A stretch of 64,000 bases of DNA from Octopus vulgaris (GCA_951406725.2 OX597830.1:73160001-73224000); one strand, 5' to 3'. Positions 26,957 through 40,561 are shown, counted from the first letter of the stretch. Translations and numbers: made by a program. Notes: generated by a model not told the origin, from the letters alone.

Positions 26957-27749
26957 TAACTTCTAAAATAGCTTCAGGGCAATGAATGCTTTGTCGGTGA
27001 ATTCAATTGTCGAAAACACTGAAGAAACTCCAATTTTATATACATATATATCTGCCTCAATGTGTGTGTGTGTGTGTGTGTGCGGGCGTCCACGTGTTTA
27101 TGTATGCATACACATACACACACACACATACACGCATATATATATATATATATATATATATAGTAGAGAGAGAGACAGGGAGAGAGAGAAAGAGAGAAAG
27201 AGAGAGAGAAATAGTCAGATACAGATTGATAGAAAGAGGGAGAGAGATGTGTGTGTATCTTTATGCCTTGCTATATTCTGCACCCTTGCTTGACAACTGC
27301 TTTTGGTTGGCTTACTTCAACTCGAGCTAGTGGTTCGGCAAAAGGATCGACATAGTAAATACCATACTAAAAGAATGAGTACTAGTGTCCATTTCTTTGA
27401 CTAAAACCCTTCAATGTAGGGTCTCTGTATGGTCGTAGCTAAAATAAAGCCATTTAACAATCAGTTTAGGGATATCGTCATGAAAACTGCATCTTAACCT
27501 ATTTTTAGAGTGGACCACAATACAACATATATTCGCTGATTTCACTCGTTTTTCATCTCGTATTGACATAGAGAAGAACTATTTTAAACGTTTTCCTATA
27601 ATTTTCCGTTTGTATTTCTGTACACACACACACACACACACACACGCATATAGACACATCCACTAACACACAGCAATAACTTCCATTCTCCTTACATGTG
27701 TCTCTTTATCCAACTAAAAATATACATACTTACATGCATATACATACAT

Positions 27750-27784
<35 letters not shown>

Positions 27785-27796
27785 ATTATATATATG

Positions 27797-27834
<38 letters not shown>

Positions 27835-28115
27835 TAATCAGCCGAAATTGCTACGATGATCCGGTTCTTGACTGAAGATTGAAGGCTTCGAATGTCCCGT
27901 CCGTGTTTTTTGTATCGTCTTCTAAATGTTTTACGTTCTTGTCCCAATTTGTATTTTTCTACATAAAATAATATATATATATATATATACCGGATCCATT
28001 CTTGTTGCTTATTTTTTGGTTATAATCACCCCACATAATTTTATGGGTAATACTATAAAAAATTCTGGTGCATCTAAGTTAAGTACAATATTCATTTGAA
28101 TCTAAATTGTTTTGC

Positions 28116-28166
<51 letters not shown>

Positions 28167-28301
28167 CAGCATTGTTGTGTGTGTGTGTGCTGCTAATTAT
28201 TTATTTATAAACACAAAGCAATGCAAATAATTAAAAATATATACAATACAGTACAATGCTTTGCACTTTTAGTCTGTATTTTAATACATCAGGCTGAGCA
28301 A

Positions 28302-28960
28302 GACGGCGAGCTTGTAGAAACTTTAGCATACCGGACGAAATGCATAGCCGTATTTTCCTCTGCCGTTAAGTTCTGAGTTCAAATTCCGCCGAGATCGACT
28401 TTGCCTTTCATCCTTTCGGGCTCGATAAATTAAGTACCAGTTACGCACTAGCGTCGATATAATCGACTTAATCCGTTTGTCTGTCCTTGTTTGTCCTCTC
28501 TGTGTTTAACCCCTTGTGGGTAGTAAAGTAATAGGTATTTCGTCTGTCGCTACGTTCTGAGTTAAAAATTCCGCCGAGGTCGACTTTGCATTTCATCCTT
28601 TCGGGGTCAATTAAATAAGTACCAGTTACGCACTGGAGTCGATATAATCGGCTTAATCCGTTTGTCTGTCATTGTATGTCCTCTCTGTGTTTAACTCCTT
28701 GTGGGTAGTAAAGAAATATGTATTTCGTCTGTCTTTACGTTCTGAGTTCAAATTCCACCGAGGTCGACTTTGCCTTTCATCCTTTCGGGATTGATAAATT
28801 AAGTACCGGTTGTGCCTCAGTTCGAATTCCACCAAAGTCGGAGTTGGTGGAATTCGATCCCCTACAGTTGAGATCGACGAAATCAGTAGTACCACTTGAG
28901 CACTGGGGTCGGGTCAATGTAACCGATTTACAGCCTTCCCGAAACTGTTGCTCTTTTTCT
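28302..28960 (+). mobile_element. SINE family B tandem trimer (period ~185 bp)
   Basis: One head, then three core units starting at about 28352, 28536 and 28721. Junctions read GTAAAG(T/A)AATA(G/T)G|TATTTCGTCTG. Confidence 0.9.
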
Positions 28961-29265
28961 TTTTAGGAACATTAATAAACGAGCGAAGAACATATTTAGT
29001 GCGTGTGGTTATTTGACAAAAAAAAAAAATAATAATAATAATAATGACCATTCCGAGATACAAAAATGTTTCGACTCACGTTTTCACATCAGGAATCTTG
29101 CAACACAAATTGATAAACGTGTATGTATGTATGTATGTATGTATGTATGTATGTATGTATGTATGTATGTATGTATTTATGTATGTATGTATGTATGTAT
29201 GTATGTATGCATGCATGTATATATGTATATATATATAATTATATATATATATATGTGTGTGTGCG

Positions 29266-29296
<31 letters not shown>

Positions 29297-29302
29297 ATGT
29301 GT

Positions 29303-29348
<46 letters not shown>

Positions 29349-29542
29349 TATTCAATATTTTCCTCTCTGATCTAACGACCCTCCATGTTTGTTTTCGTTC
29401 GGTTTCCTTGTACGAGTATGTTTCTACTGTAATTTTTTGTTCCCAGCTTTGACCCTCCATAACTCCTAAATTTTCCCAACTATCTTTGAAGACTCATATT
29501 GTCGTTGAATGCTCGAAATGTATACATACACACACACACATG

Positions 29543-29584
<42 letters not shown>

Positions 29585-30042
29585 TATATGGCACAGACTC
29601 ATGCAAATACACGTATATACTTACGGTACTGCAATCTCTTAACCTTACTAAGTGTGTATTTCTGCATATATATGGCTTTAGAGTCAGTTCGGTTTTTGTT
29701 TGGGTAAGTGTTGGTGATTATATGAGTGTGAGTGTATGCGTGTGTGTGCTTTTGTATGTGTGTGTATGCATGTATGGTTCTATGTATGAGAGTGTTTGAT
29801 ATATGTGAACAGACGCATACATAACCACGCATAGTCACACGCACACCCAGGCACACACATACACACACACTAACACATACACACACATATATGAAATAGT
29901 ATAATACATGCCATCTTCTCCGTCCTATTCCAGCCCCGCGCACTATTCTCTGTACATCAGTTTGTAAGTCTGTCTATTGCTGCCTTCAATTCAATTTCTC
30001 TGAATAAACATTGTTATGCGCGGATCTGTGAGTATGTCTTTC

Positions 30043-30125
<83 letters not shown>

Positions 30126-32007
30126 GTATGCATACGCGTATGTGCGTGTGTGTGTGTCATGCGTGCATGCGTGTGTACGCGAGAGTGAATGTGTGTGTAT
30201 TCCTTTGTTTTAAAATTTATTGTACAAGATCTGAGTAGGGAAATCTTGTGCTGAACGAGTTGGTTTTAATCAGAGAAGATCTTGTTGCTAATTACTACAC
30301 ACGTGCTTGTTGTATTTTACTTCAGGCGTATTGTCAGTTAATTTGATATCTAGTTCCTTAATTACTTTAATGATTCATTAATTATTTTATCGTAATTCTC
30401 TCGTCATAGCCTGCGACCTTATCGACGTTAATGTGCCCGTATGGCACATTCTTTATTGTACCATGACGAAGATTTTTTTTTAGATTCGCAAAAGCATATA
30501 AGAATGCATGTACTCTGTCTATTTGTCTGTTTGTCTGTATGCCATTCTGTATGTATGTATGTATGTATGTATGTATGTGTTTGTACGTATGTTTCTGTAT
30601 ATCTATTTGAAACATATGTGCAAGTATTTGTATCAATATATGTGCGCATTTTTATAGTAAATTCGCTTTTAACATTAGCAGAAGAGTTAGTGAGGAGTTT
30701 TTCCAGTATGGCTGGTATAATTTTTATTCGAGGTATTTCTTCGTATATTATAAAATAATAATATAATATATTATATTATATTATAAAATAATATTCAAGC
30801 AACATAATTATTATAAAGAGACGATGAAACAATTGTAGAATTATGCAATGCAATAAATTGCTCGCTTCATTCTCATTGTTAATGACAGTGTAAATGCACT
30901 GTATATGCACTGCGGGATTGCCACACCCCCTATTTCCTCTCCGTATTATCAACAACATTCAATATAATGAGCCCTTTTTCCTTTCATTCTTTCTTTATAC
31001 TTATACATTATATAATCCGTAAACTTAACGTCAGCAGCCATCTCCTAGTTTATGAAAAAAATTAAGAAATCTTTGTATAGAACTGTGCGCTTCACAGTTC
31101 CAGTGACGTAGTGTTTGGCTGTTGTGTGCATGCTCACATATCCGAGATAGGAAGCTTCACGCTAGGGAGAGAGAGCACCGTGCTTCACGCAGTGTCGGTA
31201 AAAGATAGTGTTTCTCTTTGACTCTGCGTGTGTTGTTCTTCAAAACGTGTTTATATTCTTGAATGTGATAAAGTGTAGAATTAAACTATTATTCTGCTTC
31301 CAGCTTCTGTGTTGCTGTCTGGAATTGAAAATTAAGACAGATTCCCCCAACCTTACTTTGTGATTTAGTGGGGATTTTTGAAAGACAAGAGGGAATTCGT
31401 GGCGTTATTCCTTGAACAAATTAAACACACTACCTGGCAGTGGCTGAAACTGTACCGATCAAGTTTATGTATAATTATTTTTATGTTTGTTTCCTCTTTC
31501 ACAATATTAAAACAACGGCTGAAAATGTTCTGAAGCAGCACCCCAACTAATTTTATCTACGAGCCTCCACTGGTTAATGACTATACAAACTCTGAGGATA
31601 TTTACTAATGTTCAGATGTATCAACAGAAAAGCGATCCATTTAGGATGTGTAATAGTATCCGTCATGTGGTGATACCCATGGACAGGTTTTACACAGTAG
31701 GCTCAAGGTTAAACCCCTATGAAATTAGTATGGATTTATGTCTGTATATATATATATATATATATATTCTTATTTTTACTCTGACTTATGTTTGAGTTCT
31801 TAACTGTAAGATGTTGGACACAGCAACCTTAAAATTAATACCAACTTAAAAATATGTACGTGTGTGTTTTATGTATGTGTGTATGTATGCGTGTGTATGT
31901 GTGTGTGTGCGTACGTGTATGGTGTTACGTATTCTATGAGTCTCTGTATACATGTACCTATGTTCTTTCGTCCTCATATATATATATATATGCATGTAAT
32001 GTAAATG

Positions 32008-32040
<33 letters not shown>

Positions 32041-32098
32041 GAGTATGGATATCTATCTATATATGTATATCCATATATGTGTATACATGTACATACAT

Positions 32099-32310
32099 TT
32101 AAAAAGAAAAAGAGAAAACACAACAAGAGCCAAACGGGCGTACACGGTGAACGAATTTGACGCTCAGAGAAAGTTTGAAAATAGAGAGGATGTTTCCTTT
32201 AGAAGATAGCTCTTCGTCAGAAAGGCGAAAAAGGAAAAAGTCCAGGGAGAAAGAAAGGGAAGGTCCGTAAAGAGCACAACGTTGAAAATATGGCTGAAAA
32301 ATAGCTGACT
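32099..32310 (-). mobile_element. Microsatellite-embedded relative of the 7224-7447 element, degenerate hammerhead core
   Basis: Minus strand CCTTT CTGACGAAGAGC...GGAAACATCC (32188-32225); stem II is poorly formed. Confidence 0.45.
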
Positions 32311-32457
32311 TTACACACACACACACACATACATACACACATACAGATAGATTTATACATATATACATTCGTACATGCATACATATAAACATACTTACAT
32401 ACGGACATACATGCATACATATCTACACATATATACATACATACGTACGTACGTACA

Positions 32458-32491
<34 letters not shown>

Positions 32492-33157
32492 CATACGTAC
32501 GTACATACGTACGTACATACATACATACATACATACATACATACATACATACATACATACATACATACATACATACATACATACATACATACGTACGTAC
32601 GAACGTACATGTTACTTGCACATAGAAGATTTGTAAGTTATTCCAAAAGTTCTCCATGTGAAATTCCTATGTGAATAGATTGGTATATACACAATTATTA
32701 TATACATCAACACACCACCTCAACCAGGTATATAGAAATACCAGGATCTCTCCTAATTGAAAAAGTCTTGTTGCTTTGTTAGCTGCAATAGAGAAATACT
32801 TCCTGCAAGGTATACCAAACACTGAGATTAAAACAGTGAAATTCAAATTGGATGCCCGTGGTTACAAAGCAACTACACATATGCTTGCAACTATGTGCTC
32901 TGTTTAACCGAAATAATCAGCCTCAGGCATACCAGGGGGTTAAGAAGCCCGATTAGTTACTACGTAGATTCGAGTTCGGTCCCACTGCGCGGCACTTTGG
33001 TTACATGTTGTATATTATAGCACCGGGTCAGCCAATTCTTTGTGAGTGAATTTGAGAGACAGAAACTGAGTATTTTCCAGTCATTCGCCATGTTGGATCA
33101 CTGAAATCAATACGTTCTTATTTTTTCATTCTCTCACTCTCTTTATTTTCTCTTGCA

Positions 33158-33195
33158 TCTTTTTGTTGAAGAGCGTAAGCTCGAAACGTAAAAGA
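33158..33195 (+). ncRNA. Minimal hammerhead-like fold with variant core
   Basis: TCTTT TTGTTGA A GAGC GTAA GCTC GAA ACGT A AAAGA: 5-bp stem I, GNRA-capped stem II, palindromic stem III and GUA triplet. The core is UUGUUGA instead of CUGANGA. The host element (33115-33281) ends in (TCTA)n; 3'-end relatives lie at 50662-50710 and 61431-61495. Confidence 0.55.
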
Positions 33196-33280
33196 CTTTT
33201 CCATTTTTGCCGAGTGATAAACTAATACACTTGCTTCTTGTACCTATACCTGTCTTCATCTTTGTTTTTCTATAAATTTG

Positions 33281-33425
<145 letters not shown>

Positions 33426-33493
33426 ACAATCTATCAAACAATCTATCTAGTTATACATACATACATACATACATACATACATACATACATACA

Positions 33494-33524
<31 letters not shown>

Positions 33525-33929
33525 TTGTGTATATTGTATTTATGTATATTTGTGTATTTGTCTGAGTGTGTTTGTTGATCCGCTTCCACTGCTTGATAAA
33601 CGGTGTTGATTCGTTAACTTAAGGATAAGTCAAAGAAACGGACTGAAGAACTACCTAAGTTTTAAGACATAAGTCCTGTGGATTCTTGTTACATTTCTTC
33701 CAAATACCTGAAGTTTTAAAAAATTTTATCTATAAAGAATTTTGTTTTAATGTACTTTTGTATGCTGACGATGAAATTTGCATTCTTTTTTCTTTTTTTT
33801 TTTTTGGTGTATGTGTGTATGTGTCATTTATCAAACTAGCTGGCTTTAAAATAGAATCGACACGTTTTTTTCTTTATTTCTAGAAATTAATAACAAAAAA
33901 GGATATGGGCATTTAAAGGTATGTAATTT

Positions 33930-34904
33930 TAGCCAATCGAAGAAGTCCCTTGCCAGCATATCATAGGTCGGCATCGTTTGTCGTCATGGAAATCAGCCAA
34001 GACAACGACGACGACACCTTTACATAGCGTCTCGAATTGCTTGAAACAACAGCCAAATCTTCTTTAAACTACACCACAGTATCTAAAAAGAAGATAAAAA
34101 TAAAACAGAAAGAACGAAGCATTATTTAATGAAGTTGAAAGTTTGGAAACTTTTTTATTCGCAATTAACAGCAAACACGCATCACGGTTAATTTAGAACG
34201 ACACAGTGGTACTCTAATTATGAGTAAAAATAAATACTACTCCTAAAGGATCTTTTCGGTTTGAACGGCAGTTCTTTTCTAGCGGTGTCATATGAAATTG
34301 TCACCCATAATTATGACCCTAGTATCGATCTATTGCATTTCAATCTGTTTTAGGTTTAGGGTTAGTTAGAGTTAGTTAGAGTTAGTTAGGGTTAGGATTA
34401 GGGGTGGGGGGAACGGTATCTTTTTTTCTTCACAAATGTAAATAAACCCAATCTGTTTCTTAAACGAGGGACATATTCATACGGTACATAATGTATTTTT
34501 TACCTCAATGGACGTCAGTGATTGATTGAAATTGCAGAAATTGAAGAAAAAAAAAGCAACAAATATCTTACAAACTATAGAATTTTCTCAATAAAGCCAA
34601 GAGAAAACGATGTTTTATAAACACATTCTACCAGTATACGAAGTTTAAATTTTTTTAGTTACCTAGAAATTATGTTAAAAACTGCCGTTCAAACCGAAAA
34701 GATCCCTCCCAACTACATTATATAAATGATTCGTCCTTTCTTGTTTTTCAACGTTGTAGTGTAGATGGAAGAAACTTTGGCTGCTATTTCTAGCAGGTCA
34801 AGAATCTACGTAAAAATTTCGTCTTCGTTGCCTGTGCTGATATCCATGACAACAGACAGTACCGACCTCGGATATGTTGGCAGACGGAAGTCTTCCATTG
34901 GCTA
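33930..34904. repeat. Diverged inverted pair of an interspersed repeat (33930-34076 / 34755-34904)
   Basis: The reverse complement of 34755-34904 aligns colinearly with 33930-34076 (TAGCCAAT, AGGTCGG, GTCATGGA.ATCAGC, CAGCCAAA, CTACAC). Fragments of the same family occur near 1-50 and 43400-43440. Confidence 0.7.
34248..34705. mobile_element. MITE with 26-bp perfect TIRs and internal telomere-like tract
   Basis: TIR GGATCTTTTCGGTTTGAACGGCAGTT at both ends; 8-bp flanks CTCCTAAA/CTCCCAAC (6/8 match); TTAGGG/TTAG repeats at 34349-34411. Confidence 0.88.
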
Positions 34905-35388
34905 TAATTACATAAATTTAAATGCTTGTATCTTCTTTATTACCAATTTCTAGAGAGAGAAAATATGCGATTTTCACCAATAGCAGGAAAGTAATCCGGT
35001 GATAATTTGAAAAAGCTTCAAATGGTTGGAATAAATTTAAAAAGTTCTGAACTAGGTTTAATTTGTTCAACAAATAAAATACACCAAGACGGTACCCCAG
35101 GATGGTTGTAGTCCAATACTGAAGTAAGTACAAGGAAATAAAATTTTGTGTAAGGATGGTTCAGGCTTTGATCATATCTCATAGCTCGATCTGAGCTAAA
35201 CGAAGGTTGAAAACATCTACCTGTGCGGCTGCGTGGTATCTATAAGTTATGTATAGACTTGCACTACGAGATAACGCCGCCGCTACCACCACTGTATTTT
35301 TCTATTCAAAGGTAAAATCTAAAAGAGTGGTGGGAAGAGCAGGAAAGAATGAGATAAAGAGAAGGGTGAGAGAGAAAAAAAGTGAACA

Positions 35389-35443
<55 letters not shown>

Positions 35444-35634
35444 AAAGGGAGTGTTGACGGTGCAAGCAACACCTGCAAAATGTAAACCAGAAAAGGGGGG
35501 AGAGTGATAGAATTAGGGAGGGAGTTGACGGTGTGAGTGATTAAAGAGAAGAGGAGGAGAGGAGCAGTAGGAGAAGAGGAAGTGGGTTGGGTGAAAGTAG
35601 GGCGTGGAAGAGATACAAGACAAGTAAAAAGATT

Positions 35635-35639
35635 AGTAA

Positions 35640-35684
<45 letters not shown>

Positions 35685-35734
35685 CAGCAGCAGCAGCAAA
35701 CGTAGTTTCATACTACTACTACTACTACTACTAA

Positions 35735-35782
<48 letters not shown>

Positions 35783-35801
35783 AACTATTACTACTACTAC
35801 T
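35635..35801. repeat. (TAG)n-(CAG)n-(CTA)n self-complementary trinucleotide tract
   Basis: A (TAG)n run is followed, after a ~28-nt spacer, by its reverse complement (CTA)n. Confidence 0.9.
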
Positions 35802-35866
35802 GAGATGAAGAAGTCGTTGTTAGATTATAAGGTTCTATGTAACAAAATATTTTATTTATACGTCTA

Positions 35867-36062
35867 AGGTGGCGGGCTGGTGTAATCGTTAGCACGTTAG
35901 ACAAAAACGCTTCGCAGCATTTCTTCTTTATGTTCTGAGTTCAAATTCCGTCAAAGTCTTATTTCCTTACATCCTTGTCAGAGTTCGATAAAATATAGCA
36001 TCGCTTGAAAACTGAGGTTGATGTGATCGACCAACTCCTTCTCCCACAAAATTGCTGTCCGT
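35867..36062 (+). mobile_element. SINE family B, old copy
   Basis: AAGGTGGCGGGCTGG head, GTTCTGAGTTCAAATTCCG, decayed core. Similar old copies lie at about 21641-21830, 37918-38060 (minus) and 38149-38355. Confidence 0.7.
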
Positions 36063-36992
36063 GTCATCATTATCATCATCAACCTTATCAGGAAAAAGAA
36101 ACACATGGGAAAAGACAATTATCTTATATTTAAATATTTTGTTTAGTAAGGTTATCTTTTTCAGTACATTATTGAAATCACCTTGTTAGTTAATGCATGG
36201 TTTTCACTGTTCGTCTGTTTTCCATTTAATTCAGCATTCAGTACTATTTAGAAGATATGTATCTATATATAAGCATGTCTAAATGAAGCAATGCCGTTGG
36301 CGCATCTGTGTTTGAACTTGCCTTCCACTATTCTTACGTAATATTCACGATACTGCTTGACTGGCTGCGCACGAATAGATGTCGTTGTATGTGCCCTGTT
36401 TCTCTTAGTCTTACATTGATCTTCGTGCTTAGAGCGCCCAAGTTACTTACTTTCAAAGTGCTTCGTTTAAAGTAATTTTCTTGTAATTGCGATTAATAAG
36501 AAAGTGGTTATCTAATCATGCTAGTAATCTTTTAAATATGTTGGTCTTTGCACTTAGTATAAAGCTATAAACCAGATAGTGTTGTGGGCATATTCTAAAC
36601 CGAATGCCTAACAATGGGCCCAGAAGTAGCCACAACTATTTGGCTCGTTTCGACTTGTCATTGCCTAGAGACTGTTCTGACAAAATAAGATCAGCTAAAA
36701 TTACAAAATATAGACAAAAACGCAAGTCACCGATCATTAAATCGAGGGTTTATATCACTCATGAAAGTTAAAAGTTGTTAAAAGCCTAAATTCAACAATA
36801 AAATATAGCACTTGAAAGAATTTGCTACAAAACAAATTCCATTTAATCACAATACAACTGAGCAAAAGTTAAAGAGGACATTTACAAAAGGAAGAAAATA
36901 ATGAAAAATAATGAAAATAATAAAAAAAAACTGAAAAAAAAGGATGAAAAAAAGAAGAAAAATAGAGGAAATAATATTCTGTTATGCCCCTG

Positions 36993-37190
36993 TTCTTTTG
37001 TTACCTTCTGTCATTTGACTGTGGCCATGCTGAAGCACTGCATTTAGTCGAACAAATCGGCCTAGATTTATTCTATCGGTCTCTTTTGCCGAACCGCTAA
37101 GATAGGGGACCTAAACACACCAACATCGGTTGTTAAGTGATAGTAGAGGAACAAACACAGACACACACAAACATACACACAAATATATAC

Positions 37191-37238
<48 letters not shown>

Positions 37239-37674
37239 TTTTGTATGTATGTATGTATATATTTGTGTGTGTGTATAAATATATATATATATATATATAT
37301 ATACAAATTGAGATAGGGGTTGTAAGTGCAACCCACCATGGGAAAACATATATCCAATATACTGCCAGTAAAGCACCCAACAAAGTTAATACATAAATGT
37401 TAAGAATTGCGATTTATATTTATATTTATTTATATTTATTTGTACATATTGTACTTATTGTATCATATTACTCATTGATGTGCATTGTTTTGTTCTGTAC
37501 TATTATGTTTGACCTTGATGTTCATATGTAGTTGGTTAATAAATTATGTGATTGGGTATTAACCCCTATCTCAATTTGTATATATATATATATACATATA
37601 TATACACACACACAAATATATACATACATACATACATACATGATTATTGATTAAGGTGTATTTCTCCATTTTCT

Positions 37675-37717
<43 letters not shown>

Positions 37718-37875
37718 ACGGGCTTCTTTCCGTTTCCATCTATCAAATCCAATCACAAGACTTTGTTCGGCTCGAGGCTATGGTGGAAGATACTTGCCCA
37801 AGATGCCATGTAGTGGGACTGAACACGGAGCCGTGTGGTTGGGGAGTATGTTCTTACCACACAGCCACTCTTGCA

Positions 37876-37878
<3 letters not shown>
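36993..37878 (-). mobile_element. SINE family A split by an expanded microsatellite and a nested insertion
   Basis: The 3' half is at 36993-37165 and the 5' half at 37715-37878, both on the minus strand and in the correct order. Confidence 0.7.
37304..37578. mobile_element. 275-bp (TA)n-embedded element with 18-bp perfect inverted termini
   Basis: CAAATTGAGATAGGGGTT (37304-21) and AACCCCTATCTCAATTTG (37561-78), each abutting TA repeats. Confidence 0.75.
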
Positions 37879-37914
<36 letters not shown>

Positions 37915-39213
37915 CTGTTTTGATCGCCCCCAGTACGAAACTGGTACTTAATGTGTCGACCCCGAAAGGATGAAAGGCAAGATCGACCTCGGTGGAATTT
38001 GAACTCAGAACATAAAGACAGACGAAATACCCCTAAGCATTTCTGCCAGCCCGCAACCTTACCTTATAAATATATTACATTTATTCTTGACATATTCATA
38101 ACGCCTTGTGTTTTCAAAGATTTACTAATCAAAATCATAGTTTGAAATGGGGCGGAGAGATGCCACAATAGTTAGAAATGCTTACGGACGTTTCGTTCAG
38201 TTTTACGTTCTGAGTTCAAATTTTGCCGTGGTCGACTTTACCTTACAATGTGTAGAGGTCGATAAAATCAGTACCAGTTGAACACTGAGGTTCAAGTAAT
38301 CGACTTACTCCGACACCGGAAAATGCTGGCTCTGTGTGACAATTTGAAACTAATATTGTTTGAAACAATTTTAGTTACACGTAATGAATTTCATTGATTT
38401 ATGTTGTTCAATGTTTCTGACTTGTGAGCTATAATTATAAATTTTATTTACATGACCTTTCAGTCATACTGTTGTAAAGTTTTACGGATGATAGGTTTGG
38501 TTGCTTTGAGTGACTTTCTATTTTGTGTATGATGATCTCTTCGTTACAGGACCTATTGAGTGAGGACATATAGGTGTCTACGTGAATAAGTACACTGAGT
38601 TGTACAATATGTAATATTGTTTATATTTACCATATTTGCAGCTGTACTTATTTTAGGGCTATATCTGAATAGTTTTCTATATCAACGGCCTATAGGGAAA
38701 TGTTTATCGATTGAATTTAGAAAGGTTGTACAACATTGGGTTTGACATTGAGTGAGTAAAAGTGGGAACATATTAAGCCTAGTTTCCATTGTTTACAGCT
38801 AGGGTTACAGCTAATCGAATCTTTTAGATGTCATTTTCATAAGTAGCCATCTTGTCACAAATATCTTTACTTTCAAAATATGAATTCAAAATCATTTTAC
38901 ATGATTTGTTCATATATTCTTTAACACAAAGGTTGGACAACATATACTGGCGTGAAAATAAATGACTTTTCCGTTTGATTTTCTAAATTTTATTTGGGAA
39001 ATTAAGAAATTCACTTCGTGATTTTGAGTCCGAAATTGCTCTATATTTGCACAATATCCATCCTTTAATGCCCCCAATGTTTGTTAGAGATGGAAAAGCC
39101 AAAGTCTTTAAAGGTAAATAATATTCATTTAAAGATGTTTTTGTTACATGTTGTTATTGTTTTTGCTAAAGAAAATGTGTTGAAAAAAACCTCAATAATT
39201 ATGCACCCACACA

Positions 39214-39246
<33 letters not shown>

Positions 39247-39409
39247 TGCATATACAAAATAGGCATAATGGTATATATATATATATATATGCATAGGGAC
39301 ATTATATGTGTGTGTGTGTGTGTGTGTGTCAGTGTATTTCCGTGCACGTATGCACATAAGTATTTGTGTATGACTAAAAGCTATAGCAACGTAACTACGC
39401 ACCTTCCAC

Positions 39410-39437
39410 CACCAGCGCCTCTCTTTCTCTCCCGTCT

Positions 39438-39483
<46 letters not shown>

Positions 39484-39940
39484 AGTCACTTGTGATTGCG
39501 TTACTGTCATTACTACTGTTACAGGCTGGCATTGCTGCTGCTTCTACTACTGCTGCTGCTGCTGATGTTGTTGCCACCGACACTGTCATGCTTCTCACTA
39601 CTACTCTTCTGCCTGTCCGTCTGTCTCTTTTTCTTTCTCTCCCTCTCACCCTCTCTCCAAATGCAAACCACATCTCCTCCTCCAACTACCACCATCATCA
39701 CAAAACACCTTGCGCTTGTTATTACTTCTACTACGGCTATTATAAAACTTACTCTCACTATCACCACAACCATCACATCCAGTGCTTCTGCCTCTACCAC
39801 TCTTTCTTCAGATTCTACTACATTCGTTACTACTACTCACACAACAAACACTATTACCACCAGCACCACCATCACCACCACCACTTTTTCTTATTTCTAG
39901 TAGAATGTCTATTAGATAATCTGCTACTACTTCTGCTGCA

Positions 39941-39986
<46 letters not shown>

Positions 39987-40176
39987 TCACCGCAACAACA
40001 ACCACGAAATCAGGGGTCTGCTTCAACTACTTCCACTACTACCACACAGACTATCCATTCTGACTACTACAGCTACTACATATACTATTCCACTAATTAC
40101 CAACACACCATGACCACTACCATCCCCACCACCACCACCACCACCATCAGCATCACCTCTACTACACCACTGACAC

Positions 40177-40211
<35 letters not shown>

Positions 40212-40516
40212 CCAACATCGCTATGAAATTCACTGTCAAACATCGTCTGTCACTCACTACTTACATTATCGACACATAACTGACCGCCATCACCCCCACC
40301 CCCATCACCACCACGAATACCACCACCACCACCACCACAACCACCACCACTACCACCGCCACCACTTCTGACGCCACCGCCGCCGCCGCAAGCGTCATCC
40401 TCATCAACATCGGCAGCAGCATTTGCAGGCATGGAAGCAGTATTTTTCCTTCGACTCCAAAACGAATACCAGAAACGCCATTGATAACGGCATTAACAGC
40501 AGCAGAACCATCACCG

Positions 40517-40561
<45 letters not shown>

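Noticed and set aside
28302-28810. Regularly spaced repeats resembling a CRISPR array
   Set aside because: The units are ~185-bp SINE bodies with no unique spacers, there are no cas genes, and the context is eukaryotic.
39492-40226. 244-aa ORF upstream of the Hox exon
   Set aside because: It has a non-ATG start and consists of trinucleotide runs open in several frames on both strands.
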